60,371 bases of DNA from a virus (Duplodnaviria; Caudoviricetes). Shown one piece after another: positions 37,514-46,618 of this stretch. The stretch lies in the IMG/VR virus record IMGVR_UViG_3300021086_000002, positions 1 to 60,371 of that record; one strand, written 5' to 3'. Each line of letters opens with the position of its first letter. Within the stretch, counting starts at the first letter, position 1. A program made the position numbers and the translations under genes. A model generated the notes under the pieces. The model was not told the DNA's origin. It made no database searches and was given only the letters and a program-made list of their open reading frames with translations.

Positions 37514-37828
37514 ATGAAGCACAAGATCGAAAGCAAGCTGAACGTGATCGTCCAGTTCGAAGTCCTGCTGACGGGCATCCCGCCACGGGCCAGGTACGGC
37601 CGTATCTTGTACCTGCCCACGACGCTCGCGGTCCAGTTCAGCCACGGCACGCTGATTTCGCCTCTCGTGAGCGGCCCCCGGATCCTCAAGTCCGGAGCGC
37701 AGGGGGCTTGGGTCTCAGAGGAGTTCTTCATCTACGGCCGGCCCGACTGGCTGGAGGAGCTGATGGAGGAGCTGGATCACCGGGCTGCTCTCCAGACGTA
37801 CCGGATCACAGGTTGGATAGGGCAGTGA
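37514..37828 (+). CDS. Hypothetical protein (paralog B)
   Basis: PRARYGR..Y.P...SGPRILKSG. Confidence 0.65.
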   Translation: MKHKIESKLNVIVQFEVLLTGIPPRARYGRILYLPTTLAVQFSHGTLISPLVSGPRILKSGAQGAWVSEEFFIYGRPDWLEELMEELDHRAALQTYRITGWIGQ

Positions 37829-38181
37829 CCGGCCAGGTGGCACCGCTGCCCGGGGAGCAACCCTGGGTCCCATCGCCGGTCGACGCCGACTTGCGGTGGC
37901 CACGCCGGCAGATCTTCGGCGGCGTGGCCACCTGGACCCCGCACCGGGGCGTTCACCGACCCTGTGACATCTGCATCGAGGTTGTGCACGAGCAGGGCAT
38001 CGCGGCGGCCCCTCGGCCAGCGCCGGCCACCATGAAACGGGTCGGCCCGCAGGGACCGAAGCTGCCCACCTTCTGGTGCTACCGGCACGGCAGCACGATG
38101 AAGAGTAAGGACCAGGAGATCCGGCGCCGCGTAGAGGCCATGCGTGCCACGGTGGAGCACCAGAGCGCGCGCCGCAGATAG
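37825..38181 (+). CDS. Hypothetical protein (CxxC...CxxH)
   Basis: GTGA-coupled ORF. Confidence 0.55.
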   Translation: MTGQVAPLPGEQPWVPSPVDADLRWPRRQIFGGVATWTPHRGVHRPCDICIEVVHEQGIAAAPRPAPATMKRVGPQGPKLPTFWCYRHGSTMKSKDQEIRRRVEAMRATVEHQSARRR

Positions 38182-38215
38182 CCTCATCTGGAACGCGACA
38201 TCTCGGGTCAACGAG

Positions 38216-38244
38216 TTGCGATCAAGACATCGGGACGGTAGGGT
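38216..38244 (+). promoter_or_regulatory. Promoter of the large ncRNA
   Basis: TTGCGA-N17-TAGGGT, with the same -10 as the promoters at 4589 and 5266. Confidence 0.65.
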
Positions 38245-38250
38245 AACAAC

Positions 38251-38897
38251 CAGCTCGCAAGGAACGGCGAGTCAGGGCGCATCCGAGCTGCTGAAGTTCG
38301 GCGGTACCAGACACACCACGGCTCCAGGTGGTCGTGCCCGAAAGGAGCAGGCGGTACGCCGACCGGCACGCAGCGCTAAGCGCAGCACACCCGGAAGGCG
38401 AGCTGCCGACCACCAGCCGGCGCTACGCGAGCGCTGGGGCCGAGGTTGGAGCCGGGGTGAAAGCCCAGTCCCCGGGGAGCGCGGAGCGCAGCCTGGTTTA
38501 CCAGGCGGGGGGCGCTGAGGGTCGAACCTCACCCGCGCACGGGAGCGAGAGGGTTTCACGTACTGGACGCTCGTCCACTGCTTGCGAGGGCAGCCTGGAC
38601 ATCAACCTTGGAACGTGGCGAATGGTGCACGAGAAGCACTACCGGGAGTTTCTTCGTTGTCATGCCGGCGGCGGGCTCACCCGGAAGATCGAGGAGCGGC
38701 GGAGTGCAGCCACGGTGAAACTCCGGGCGGGACTCCTGAGGTGCAAGCCTCTGCCAGGTTCGAGCCCTGGCGTCGCACGGCTCGGGCGCCCTGCCGGGAG
38801 TGAAGCCCCGGTCCCGAGCTGTGTTCCACCCTGCCGGGGCCGGCGCAGTGCTGAGATCAAGGGCTTTCGAGCTGCGCGATCTCGGCTCCGGCAGGGC
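38251..38897 (+). ncRNA. Large ornate structured ncRNA (GOLLD/ROOL-class candidate) with tRNA-like subdomain
   Basis: Coding gap of about 750 bp; many nested stems, GNRA loops and T-loop-like hairpins (see findings). Confidence 0.7.
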
Positions 38898-38929
38898 TTC
38901 AGGAGAGGAGAGATTCAGGTGGAGCAGTC

Positions 38930-39298
38930 GTGACGGTCCGTCGGTTCAATGACAATTCGCTGGAGCTGGCGGTGGCGTTCGCGCGGCTGTGGTCGGTGAT
39001 TGGCAACTTCCTGGCGCTGCTCCTCCTCTTCGGCGGCATCTGGCACGCGGACCTGCGGTACGTCTGGTGCGCCATCCTCCTGTCGGTGGTGAATCTCGCC
39101 GTCGGTTGGTTCGGCTGGCTGAGGTGGGGCAACGCGGCCTGGCGTTCCGGGTCCTGGACGGACGCGGCCCTGGACGACAGCACGCTGACGTGCGGTGCGC
39201 GGTACGGGGCGGACCTGACGTGCACGCAGGGCGGCTCCGATCACTCCCCGCACTGGGACGAGGTTCACGACCCCGAGTCGCGGCGGTGTTGGTCATGA
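38930..39298 (+). CDS. Membrane protein
   Basis: Two TM segments plus a Cys/His tail. Confidence 0.55.
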   Translation: MTVRRFNDNSLELAVAFARLWSVIGNFLALLLLFGGIWHADLRYVWCAILLSVVNLAVGWFGWLRWGNAAWRSGSWTDAALDDSTLTCGARYGADLTCTQGGSDHSPHWDEVHDPESRRCWS

Positions 39299-39561
39299 GA
39301 TTCAGGGTCGAGTTCGGCCGGCTGGGCAAGCACGATCAGGTCGCCTCCGTCCTGCTGGAGGTTCCGAGCGAGGAGCCTGGCTTGCTGGAGGCGGAGATCT
39401 TGAAGTACCTCAGGTCTTCGGGCCTGCTTCTCGGTCGCCAGGTCCAGGTTTCCGTGGCGTGGTTGCGCTGGACGGTCGGCGAGCCACACGAGGGCAGCGG
39501 GTACGTGTATGCCGGCGGTCGCCGGATCGGCGAGTTCTGGATGAAGGAGATCACCTCGTGA
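39295..39561 (+). CDS. Hypothetical protein
   Basis: MRFRVEFGRLG start; coupled ORF. Confidence 0.6.
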   Translation: MRFRVEFGRLGKHDQVASVLLEVPSEEPGLLEAEILKYLRSSGLLLGRQVQVSVAWLRWTVGEPHEGSGYVYAGGRRIGEFWMKEITS

Positions 39562-39869
39562 TGAGATTTTCGGTGCGATTCGGCGACTGGTCCTGGGGCC
39601 GGCTGCGGTCCGGGGTCATCGACTACGACGAGACCGACCGGGTCAAGCCTGAGGCCGCGCACATCGCGGAGGGCGTGGAGGAGCTGGTTCGCCAGCAACT
39701 GGAGAACGGGGCCAACCGGGAGATCCGGATCGAGCCCGGTGGCATGGCCGGCGCCAGCTACGGCGGCTCGGTCGTCGTAGCCGACGGGGCCAGCGCGTAC
39801 GAGCGCTGTACGTACGAGGCCCGCACGCTCCAGGACACCCGGGAGCGACACCCGATGGCCACGCCGTGA
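39561..39869 (+). CDS. Hypothetical protein
   Basis: MRFSVRFG start; RBS AAGGAG. Confidence 0.55.
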   Translation: MRFSVRFGDWSWGRLRSGVIDYDETDRVKPEAAHIAEGVEELVRQQLENGANREIRIEPGGMAGASYGGSVVVADGASAYERCTYEARTLQDTRERHPMATP

Positions 39870-40120
39870 TGCCAGACCCGCTCCAGGTGGCCTGGGTGGT
39901 CTGCGAGCTGGCCACCCAGGCGGTGGAGAAGGCGGCTGAGGCCGACCCACGCCATCTGGAACGGGCCATGAGCAACTGGTTCCCGGACGCGGACTATCTG
40001 GAGCAGCGCCGGCTCGGCGACGCTCTGCGGCGGGGTCTGCTGACCGTGGCGCAGCTCATGGAGAATCGGACTAACAGGCTGGTCGGCGAGGGCAAGATGA
40101 TCAAGGTTGGCAAGGAGTGA
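39866..40120 (+). CDS. Hypothetical protein
   Basis: Coupled ORF. Confidence 0.55.
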   Translation: MMPDPLQVAWVVCELATQAVEKAAEADPRHLERAMSNWFPDADYLEQRRLGDALRRGLLTVAQLMENRTNRLVGEGKMIKVGKE

Positions 40121-40341
40121 CCATGAGAGTCGAGCAGCACGCCGTGGAGCAGATCTACCTCCCGTGGGAGGTGGCCGCGATCTTTCGTGTCAACCCGAAG
40201 ACCGTCATCCGCTGGACCCGGGTCGGGAAGTTCGGTCCCGAAGGTGAGACCTGGTTCCGCACCCTCGGGGGGCACACCCGGTACCGCCGGGAGCGGGTGG
40301 ACGCGCTGGTTCGACGGACCATGAGCCCCCGGCAACAGTGA
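40117..40341 (+). CDS. BldC-like MerR/excisionase-family DNA-binding protein
   Basis: P.EVAAIFRVNPKTVIRW...GK...RTLGGHTRYR...V.AL closely follows the BldC consensus. Confidence 0.75.
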   Translation: MTMRVEQHAVEQIYLPWEVAAIFRVNPKTVIRWTRVGKFGPEGETWFRTLGGHTRYRRERVDALVRRTMSPRQQ

Positions 40342-40359
40342 CCACCAGGAAGGAGAGAG

Positions 40360-40725
40360 ATGACCCAGACCATCGCGGTCGACTTTGACGGCGTTCTTCA
40401 CCGATACAGCCAGGGGTGGCGGGACGGCTCGATCTATGACGTGCCCATGGAGGGTGCGCTCGACGGCGTCCGCCAGCTCCAGGAGCAGTACGCCGTGTTC
40501 GTGCTCACCTCCCGCGAGCCCGAAGATGTCGCCCTCAAGCTGATTGAGTGGGGCCTGCCGGCGGTCAGCGACCGGTCCCCGTGGCCGAACTTCTGGGAGG
40601 CCCGGGACCTGATCCTGGTCACCAACCGCAAGCTGCCGGCGCTGGCCTACCTGGACGACCGGGCGGTTCGCTTCGTGGACTGGGAGTCGGTTCCCCGCCA
40701 CCTGGAGAACCTGGAGCTGACGTGA
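40360..40725 (+). CDS. HAD-superfamily phosphatase-like protein
   Basis: IAVDFDGVLH...LTSR...K.PA..YLDDRA. Confidence 0.75.
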   Translation: MTQTIAVDFDGVLHRYSQGWRDGSIYDVPMEGALDGVRQLQEQYAVFVLTSREPEDVALKLIEWGLPAVSDRSPWPNFWEARDLILVTNRKLPALAYLDDRAVRFVDWESVPRHLENLELT

Positions 40726-40810
40726 AGAAGATCAGGATCACGATCCCTCTGGTGGGGGTCATCGCGGCGCTCCTCCTGCTGGCCATTCTCGCCTTTCTGG
40801 CCTGGTCGCC

Positions 40811-41287
40811 ATGACGGGCACCTACGCCAAGGCCACCACCGTGCCCATCGGTCGGCGGCGCGACGAGATTGAGAACACCCTGCGCCGGTACGAGGCTACC
40901 GAGTTCCAGTACGGCTGGACAGAAACCGAAGCGCGGGTCGGGTTCGCCGTTGCTGGCCGGCGGATCCTCTACCGTGTGCCGCTGCCCAGCGTGGATGATC
41001 CGCGCTTCGCCCGGACGGCCACGGGCCGGCCACGCCGGGGCGGCACGGATGCGCAGCGGGAGGCTTACGAGACCGCCGTGCGTCAGCGCTGGGCCGCTCT
41101 GTCCCTGGTGATTAAGGCCAAGCTGGAGGCGGTGGACGCCGGGATCTCCACCATCGAGCAGGAGTTCCTGGCCCACATCCTTCTGCCTGGGACCGCCGAG
41201 ACGGTCGGCGACCGTGTGGCACCGGCCCTGGCCGAGACGTACCGCTCCGGCGCCCGGCTGGAGATCGTGACCGGGAGGACGACATGA
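40811..41287 (+). CDS. Conserved phage hypothetical protein
   Basis: YAKATTV...EIENTLRRY...RQRWAAL..VIKAKLEAV..GI...EQEFL. Confidence 0.65.
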   Translation: MTGTYAKATTVPIGRRRDEIENTLRRYEATEFQYGWTETEARVGFAVAGRRILYRVPLPSVDDPRFARTATGRPRRGGTDAQREAYETAVRQRWAALSLVIKAKLEAVDAGISTIEQEFLAHILLPGTAETVGDRVAPALAETYRSGARLEIVTGRTT

Positions 41288-41494
41288 GAGGGCGGGGAGT
41301 CTGGCTGCTGGTCTTCGTGGTGCTGGCCGTCCTGCTGGCCGCTGTCGCCGTACTGGTCGGTGACATCTTCACCATGCTCAAGGTCAGGTAGCCATGAGTC
41401 GGACCGAAGCCGCTGCGTGGTTCATCCTCTGCGTCGTCCTGGTCGTCGGCGCGTCCCTGCTGATTAGTGCTCTGAACAAGTGGAGGTGGCGGAA

Positions 41495-42193
41495 GTGACC
41501 GGTGCGATAGACCTGCGCAACGACTCCGGTCTCATCCTTTCCGGCCCGGCGAAGGGACACCGGCGGTTCTCCGGCGACGACCCCACCACCTGGCACCCGG
41601 ACGGCCAGAGGAAGGCCCGCCAGATCGCGCGCCACAAGGCGGCCGAGGAGCGAGAGCGCCGCGCCCTGGAGCTGTACGTCGAAGGCTGGCTCATGCTGGA
41701 CATCGCCAAGTCCATCGACCGGTCCAACAGCCAGACGTACCGGATCATCGAGCGCGCGCTGATCCGCCGCGCCGAGCAGGAAGGTCCCACTGTTGAGCAG
41801 GCCAAGGCCCTGTATGAGGATCGCCTGCTGACGCTCCTGCGGGCACACCTGCCCATGGCCACCGGCAACTACCTGGCCCCCGGCGAGGATGGCGAGCCCG
41901 GCCAGCAGCTCCTCCCGGACGTGCGCTCCGCTGAGCTGGCCCTGAAGATCATGGACCGGCTGGCCGCCGTACAGGGACGAATCACCACCAATGTCCCCAC
42001 ATTGGAAATTCATCTCCACGGCTCGGAAGCGGACAAGGCGCGCCTGACCGTACTCGCTCAGCTCCAGGCCGTCGCCGACCAGCAACGCGTCGTGGAAGGC
42101 GAGCTGATCCAGGCCGACACCACCCTTGCCCAGCTCACCGGCACCGAAGCCGCAGAGGACAAGCCGGCCCCACCCACCTGGGAGACCCCATGA
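41495..42193 (+). CDS. HTH protein, possible terminase small subunit
   Basis: ERRALELYVEGW...IAKSI HTH; LKIMDRLA..QG. Confidence 0.5.
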   Translation: MTGAIDLRNDSGLILSGPAKGHRRFSGDDPTTWHPDGQRKARQIARHKAAEERERRALELYVEGWLMLDIAKSIDRSNSQTYRIIERALIRRAEQEGPTVEQAKALYEDRLLTLLRAHLPMATGNYLAPGEDGEPGQQLLPDVRSAELALKIMDRLAAVQGRITTNVPTLEIHLHGSEADKARLTVLAQLQAVADQQRVVEGELIQADTTLAQLTGTEAAEDKPAPPTWETP

Positions 42194-42726
42194 TCCCCAT
42201 GATCAGGCACGTGGCGACCGTGAGCGCTGGCGCCAGCGAGAATATCTGGATCACGGAACGCACCGGGTCAGATGCTCTGCCGTTCGGCTACTGGCATTCA
42301 GGCTGCCAGTACGGGGGCACCGGCTACGCCGACGTGTCCGCCGCAAGGTACGCGGCGGTCGAGCACGTCTGCGGCAAGCCCCAGCACAACGAGCGGTACG
42401 AATCTGCCGGTTCGGTGGTGGACCGCGCGACCCGAGCAGCGCCGGGTGGACCCGAGCGCCTGCCGATCCGGGACCGACTCCAGAGAATGCACAGCCTGCT
42501 CGCCGACCTGAACGCCCTCCAGGAGCAGGACGGACGCGGCGTGCTGGTCCGTGTGCTCAAGGCCCTGAGCGACTACACGCCCGGCACCACGTTCGACGCG
42601 GACAGCCGGGATGCGCGTGAGGTTGTCCGCATGTGGCTGCTGGACCAGGCCCGTGAGGACCCCCTGGGAGTGTTCGACCCTGCGCAGGAGTACGGCATCA
42701 GCGACCCGGAAGGGATGAACCCGTGA
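42190..42726 (+). CDS. Hypothetical protein
   Basis: Coupled ORF. Confidence 0.5.
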   Translation: MIPMIRHVATVSAGASENIWITERTGSDALPFGYWHSGCQYGGTGYADVSAARYAAVEHVCGKPQHNERYESAGSVVDRATRAAPGGPERLPIRDRLQRMHSLLADLNALQEQDGRGVLVRVLKALSDYTPGTTFDADSRDAREVVRMWLLDQAREDPLGVFDPAQEYGISDPEGMNP

Positions 42727-43085
42727 CCAGCGAGGTGCTGTCCAGCGCGGAGCGGCCGGAGCGCGACGTTCCGCCACCTCCACAGGGATCCAGGCAGGCC
42801 AGCGATCCCCTTGCGCATTTGCCAACGATCAGCATTCAACGTGGCGGCCTCCGGTTCGGCGATGACCTCGACCCCGATGTTCGCGCCGCGCTGACGCTGC
42901 GCCGGGAAGTCCAGTTCGCGGAGGCGTGGGTGAACAGCCCGGTACTCCAGGCGCGCTCCTGGTACTGCGCTCGCTGCCGCTTCACCGGTCCGGCGCCCGA
43001 GCACCGGCGGACCTGCGCCGGCAGCCTGGAGGCCGTGTTGGTCACCGTGACCCGCTGGTTCCCGCCGCAGGAGGTGGACTGGTGA
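42723..43085 (+). CDS. Hypothetical protein (CxxC)
   Basis: Coupled ORF. Confidence 0.5.
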   Translation: MTSEVLSSAERPERDVPPPPQGSRQASDPLAHLPTISIQRGGLRFGDDLDPDVRAALTLRREVQFAEAWVNSPVLQARSWYCARCRFTGPAPEHRRTCAGSLEAVLVTVTRWFPPQEVDW

Positions 43086-43403
43086 GCGTCTGGATGGTTC
43101 GCCGCTGGCTGGAGCGGCGGCGCTGCATGCATCACAACCGGCATACCGGTGAGACGTGGGTTTAGTCGATGCTGGTGGATCTGGGCCGGAGCAAACTCCT
43201 CTGGTGCCGCGAGTGCGGGAGGTACTTCCGATGATCGGCCTGATCGTGAGAGGTGTGCTCATCTGCTGGTTCGCCAGCTGTGGCCTCCTGGTTGTCGCAA
43301 CCGTGGGAAAGGAGCGCACCACCATGACCCCTCGCCACGCGGTGATAGCCGTAGTGCTCTCCACCCTGGAGATCCTGGCCGTGGTGTTCTTCTGGGGCGC
43401 CTC

Positions 43404-43727
43404 ATGAGTCGTGCTGACACCCGTCGAGACTGGCTGAAGCGGGCACGCGTCGCGGCAGCGGCCCACCCGGCGATCCCCGTACCCGCCGAACTGCTGAAGG
43501 TCATGCGGGAAGCACAGCAGGCGCACATCTTCCGGAACATGCATAGCTGCGTGTGCGGCTGGTACGCCGGTGACGAGTTGGATTGGGAGGAGCACCGGCT
43601 CGCGGCCGTGGCCGGCGCCATGGCGGTCTGGCTGGAGGAGCGCAACTACCCGTACGAGGCCGCGACGCAGATGGCCGGGGACGTGCGCACGATCAGCGCC
43701 GTGGCACGCGAACTGGAGGCGCCGTGA
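43404..43727 (+). CDS. Hypothetical protein
   Basis: H...CVCGW...H motif; coupled ORF. Confidence 0.5.
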   Translation: MSRADTRRDWLKRARVAAAAHPAIPVPAELLKVMREAQQAHIFRNMHSCVCGWYAGDELDWEEHRLAAVAGAMAVWLEERNYPYEAATQMAGDVRTISAVARELEAP

Positions 43728-44146
43728 GCTGGACGACCCGGCTCGGTGCGACACGCCTGGTCATCCTGACCCGGCGTCACGCGATCAAGCCGCCCAGGCC
43801 GACAGCCTGGCACCTGTTCCTGTCCGGCCTGCTGGCCAACCGCACGGAGCGCATCTTCGCGCAGACCGAATGGCCCGAGCTGTGCCCGATCCGATGGTCG
43901 CTGCCCGGTGGCTGGTTGGTCGTCATGCCCCGGTGCAATGAGGTGACAGCGCGCTCCGTCTGGCCGAGCGAGCCGGAGCGCACCGAGGATCACCTGCCGG
44001 ACGACCTGTACGAACGCCTGGTGGAGCACGACGACTACCGGGTGCCGGCGGAGAACAAGCTGTTCAGTTGGGGTTGGTACGCCGGCCGGCTGGTCGCTGT
44101 CGACTATGGCTCGCCCGAGGCGATCGAGGAGCGGATGAGATGCTGA
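43724..44146 (+). CDS. Kinase-fold-like hypothetical protein
   Basis: GATRLV...AIK.P...GLLAN.TE...ENK..SWG...LVAVDYG. Confidence 0.5.
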   Translation: MSWTTRLGATRLVILTRRHAIKPPRPTAWHLFLSGLLANRTERIFAQTEWPELCPIRWSLPGGWLVVMPRCNEVTARSVWPSEPERTEDHLPDDLYERLVEHDDYRVPAENKLFSWGWYAGRLVAVDYGSPEAIEERMRC

Positions 44147-44382
44147 TCTTCGTCACGTTCAAGAGCGGTGCTCAGATCGTCTTCGACTGCGCTGACTTCG
44201 AGACGGGCCGCAACGGGATCACCGGTCGCCTGGAGAGAATCACCTGGGAGACGCCCGAGGGTGCAACCTCCAAGCTTCACGGGATCTACGCCATGGAGGA
44301 AGTCGTGGCGATCGTGGCACTGTCTCAGCCGGGATGGCAGCGAGCGACGACGGACACGGATAGTGAGGAGGTTCCGAAATGA
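44140..44382 (+). CDS. Hypothetical protein
   Basis: RBS GAGGAG; VTFKSGAQI. Confidence 0.55.
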   Translation: MLIFVTFKSGAQIVFDCADFETGRNGITGRLERITWETPEGATSKLHGIYAMEEVVAIVALSQPGWQRATTDTDSEEVPK

Positions 44383-44551
44383 CCTCTGACCAGGAGCGGA
44401 GGTTCTCGACCATGATCGAGAGTGTCGCCAATCCCCGGGCTGAGACCGAGGCCGACCACAAAGCGGAGACTGTCTCCGTCACACCGAGTAGTTTTTTTAA
44501 TGGTTCCGTGCCGGACCGCATCCGTTCCATCTGGGGCAGTTGGGAGAAGTG

Positions 44552-44989
44552 ATGTCAGAGCCACACAAGATCGGCGAGTGCCTGCCCACTCCGGAGCGGG
44601 GGCGTGAGCACTACTGTGCCGACTGCGAGAAGGTGTGGTACGCCGTATCGGACGAGGCCGGCGGCTTCATCTGGTTCGATAACACCAGTCCCCGCGTGCT
44701 GGAGGGCGCGGCCAGCCGGCAACGCAAGCGGGACCTGCCCTCCAGTCTGACCCGCTCTGCTCGACAGCGGGCGCTGGAGCGCCTCGGCGTGCTGGAGGTG
44801 CGTCCGGGCGACTCGGTGCTGATCTTATTGCGTGACCTGGGGCCAGACACGGATGGTCGACCGTTCACTCAGGTGCTGGCCGAGGATCTGGGCAACACGT
44901 ATCCCGGGGTGCGGTTCGCGGTGCTGGACGGCGTGGCCGGCGGCATCGTCCAGTGCGGTGACCCACAGGTCCAGGTGGAGGTGTCGTGA
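44552..44989 (+). CDS. Hypothetical protein
   Basis: Coupled ORF; CxxC; LEVRPGD. Confidence 0.5.
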   Translation: MSEPHKIGECLPTPERGREHYCADCEKVWYAVSDEAGGFIWFDNTSPRVLEGAASRQRKRDLPSSLTRSARQRALERLGVLEVRPGDSVLILLRDLGPDTDGRPFTQVLAEDLGNTYPGVRFAVLDGVAGGIVQCGDPQVQVEVS

Positions 44990-45389
44990 AGCAGGGCGCT
45001 CGACAGCGGAGCTGCGAGTCCAAGCGTCGGCACCCGGACAAGAAGGCGGCCAGAGACCAGGTGGTCCAGCTTGCCCGCGCCGGCACCGCGTACTGGCGGC
45101 TGGTCATCTACCGGTGCCGGTACTGCGACAGCTTCCACGTTGGCCACCGTCCGAGGCCAACGTGACAGGCCGCAGGCCCCCCGGCTTCTACGTCTTCGCC
45201 GACGAGACGTGGCCGGATCTCGGGTGCGAGTTCTGTGGACTCGCCATGTGTCCGGAGTGCAAGGTGTGTCCGGTCTGTGCCGGCGATGGCCACGATGAAG
45301 GCTGCTCGCGGCAAGGTGACGAGTACGTTGAGGTGTCCCCCGAAGGTGACGGAACCTACGTCGACTGGCCCCAACCAAGAGGAGAGAGA

Positions 45390-45635
45390 ATGGACCTGTC
45401 CAGGTACGAGAATCGACACCCGGCTGTGAAGTCGATCATGCAGTGGTTCAGTTACGGCCACCTCCCCCACCACCTCCAGGAGATCAGCGGATCCTGTGCC
45501 GAGCTGGCCGAGGTGATGGCCCACCAGCTCCCCGATGGCCCGGAGCTGACCGCCGGCCTCCGCAAGCTCCTGGAGGCCAAGGACTGTTTCGTCCGGGCCT
45601 CTGTCGAGGCCGCCCAGACGAAGGCGGCGGAGTAG
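45390..45635 (+). CDS. Small helical protein, possibly Acb2/Tad1-like fold
   Basis: FSYGHLPHHLQ...LPDGPELTAGLRKLLEAKDCFVRA; RBS GAGGAGAG; in frame with an upstream Cys-rich segment from 45162. Confidence 0.6.
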   Translation: MDLSRYENRHPAVKSIMQWFSYGHLPHHLQEISGSCAELAEVMAHQLPDGPELTAGLRKLLEAKDCFVRASVEAAQTKAAE

Positions 45636-45965
45636 GTGGACTCCGCCGAGCTGGGGGATTCCGGGAAGGCCGCGACGCTGATCTTCGAAGCCCTGGGGGC
45701 TGCCTCAATGTGCTGGGACAACCCCGGCGGTGCGGGGGAGTTCCTGAGCAGGCGGGCGTCTGAGATCGGCCACAAGCTCATGAGAGACCTTGGCTACGAG
45801 CTGCCGGAGGGCTACACGTTCGACGTGGACACCACGGACGTACGCCTGGAGACTCGGTCGGCCGAGTATCCGTCACCCTTCACGACCCAGGGATACGTCG
45901 GGCCGTGCTTCGACCTGGGGCCGCTGCCGCCAGAGGCCGGCGAGCAGGAGGGACACGACGCATGA
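45636..45965 (+). CDS. Hypothetical protein
   Basis: ALGAASMCW...AGEF.S.RA..I actinophage motif. Confidence 0.6.
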   Translation: MDSAELGDSGKAATLIFEALGAASMCWDNPGGAGEFLSRRASEIGHKLMRDLGYELPEGYTFDVDTTDVRLETRSAEYPSPFTTQGYVGPCFDLGPLPPEAGEQEGHDA

Positions 45966-46294
45966 CGCAGCCGGTCAACGGACAGCACCCCCAGCCCGGG
46001 GTCACCATCCCCATGCCGCTGGCCGTGAACAGCGGAGCCAAGCTCGGGCCGGACGGTAGGCCCTGGTGCGTGCTCCAGGTGCTCTGGGGGCACACCACCA
46101 CCCAGTGGGAAATGCCCATGGAGGCGGCCGAGGTGCTGAAGCAGGCCCTGGAAGCCAAGCTGAGTGTGGCGCTTCGGACCGCCCGCGAGATGGCCGGAGG
46201 CATTCAGGTGGCGGGCGCCGAGGTGTTGCGGCAGCTCGGCGAACCGCCAGCCCAGTTCCGTGGCCCTGGACCCCTCGGGGAACGTCCACGGTAA
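45962..46294 (+). CDS. Hypothetical protein
   Basis: ATGA-coupled; RBS GGAGG. Confidence 0.5.
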   Translation: MTQPVNGQHPQPGVTIPMPLAVNSGAKLGPDGRPWCVLQVLWGHTTTQWEMPMEAAEVLKQALEAKLSVALRTAREMAGGIQVAGAEVLRQLGEPPAQFRGPGPLGERPR

Positions 46295-46372
46295 GGGCGA
46301 CACGGGAAAACAGCGCTGCCCACCGAGGTTCCTCAATCCCTTGGTGGGCAGCGCTGCCGTCGTTCCGCAGTG

Positions 46373-46618
46373 TCAGGGGGCCGATCTTATAACCTGGGGC
46401 GGACGAAACTCCACCACCACATCGCACCCGATGGCCTCGCCCAGTCGCACCAGGCTCCGAAGACTGATAAGCCGGTACCGTCCCCGCAGAATGTCGGATA
46501 TCAGGGTGGGCGCCATGCCGGCGCGGGTGGCCAGCTCCACCTGAGTCAGGCCGAGAGCCGCCATGTGGTCGCGCAACGTCGCCACGATCGACGCGGCCAC
46601 GTCCGCCTCGGTGCTCAT
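46373..46618 (-). CDS. XRE/Cro-CI HTH regulator
   Basis: GLTQVELATRAGMAPTLISDILRG...SL.SLVRLGEAIG. Confidence 0.8.
   Translation of the reverse strand: MSTEADVAASIVATLRDHMAALGLTQVELATRAGMAPTLISDILRGRYRLISLRSLVRLGEAIGCDVVVEFRPPQVIRSAP

Noticed and set aside
38696-38777. Stand-alone tRNA gene
   Set aside because: A T arm is present, but there is no canonical D arm or anticodon arm, the acceptor is 6 bp and there is no CCA; treated as part of the larger RNA.
38144-38933. ORFs 38144-38518, 38328-38933 and 38582-38803
   Set aside because: No RBS, Arg/Gly/Ser-rich composition and non-phage codon pattern; the region is better explained by RNA structure.
44379-44607. T7 run at 44492-44498 as a programmed frameshift or terminator
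   Set aside because: It lies in a short coupled ORF (44379-44552); the shifted frame is unconvincing and there is no strong adjacent hairpin.
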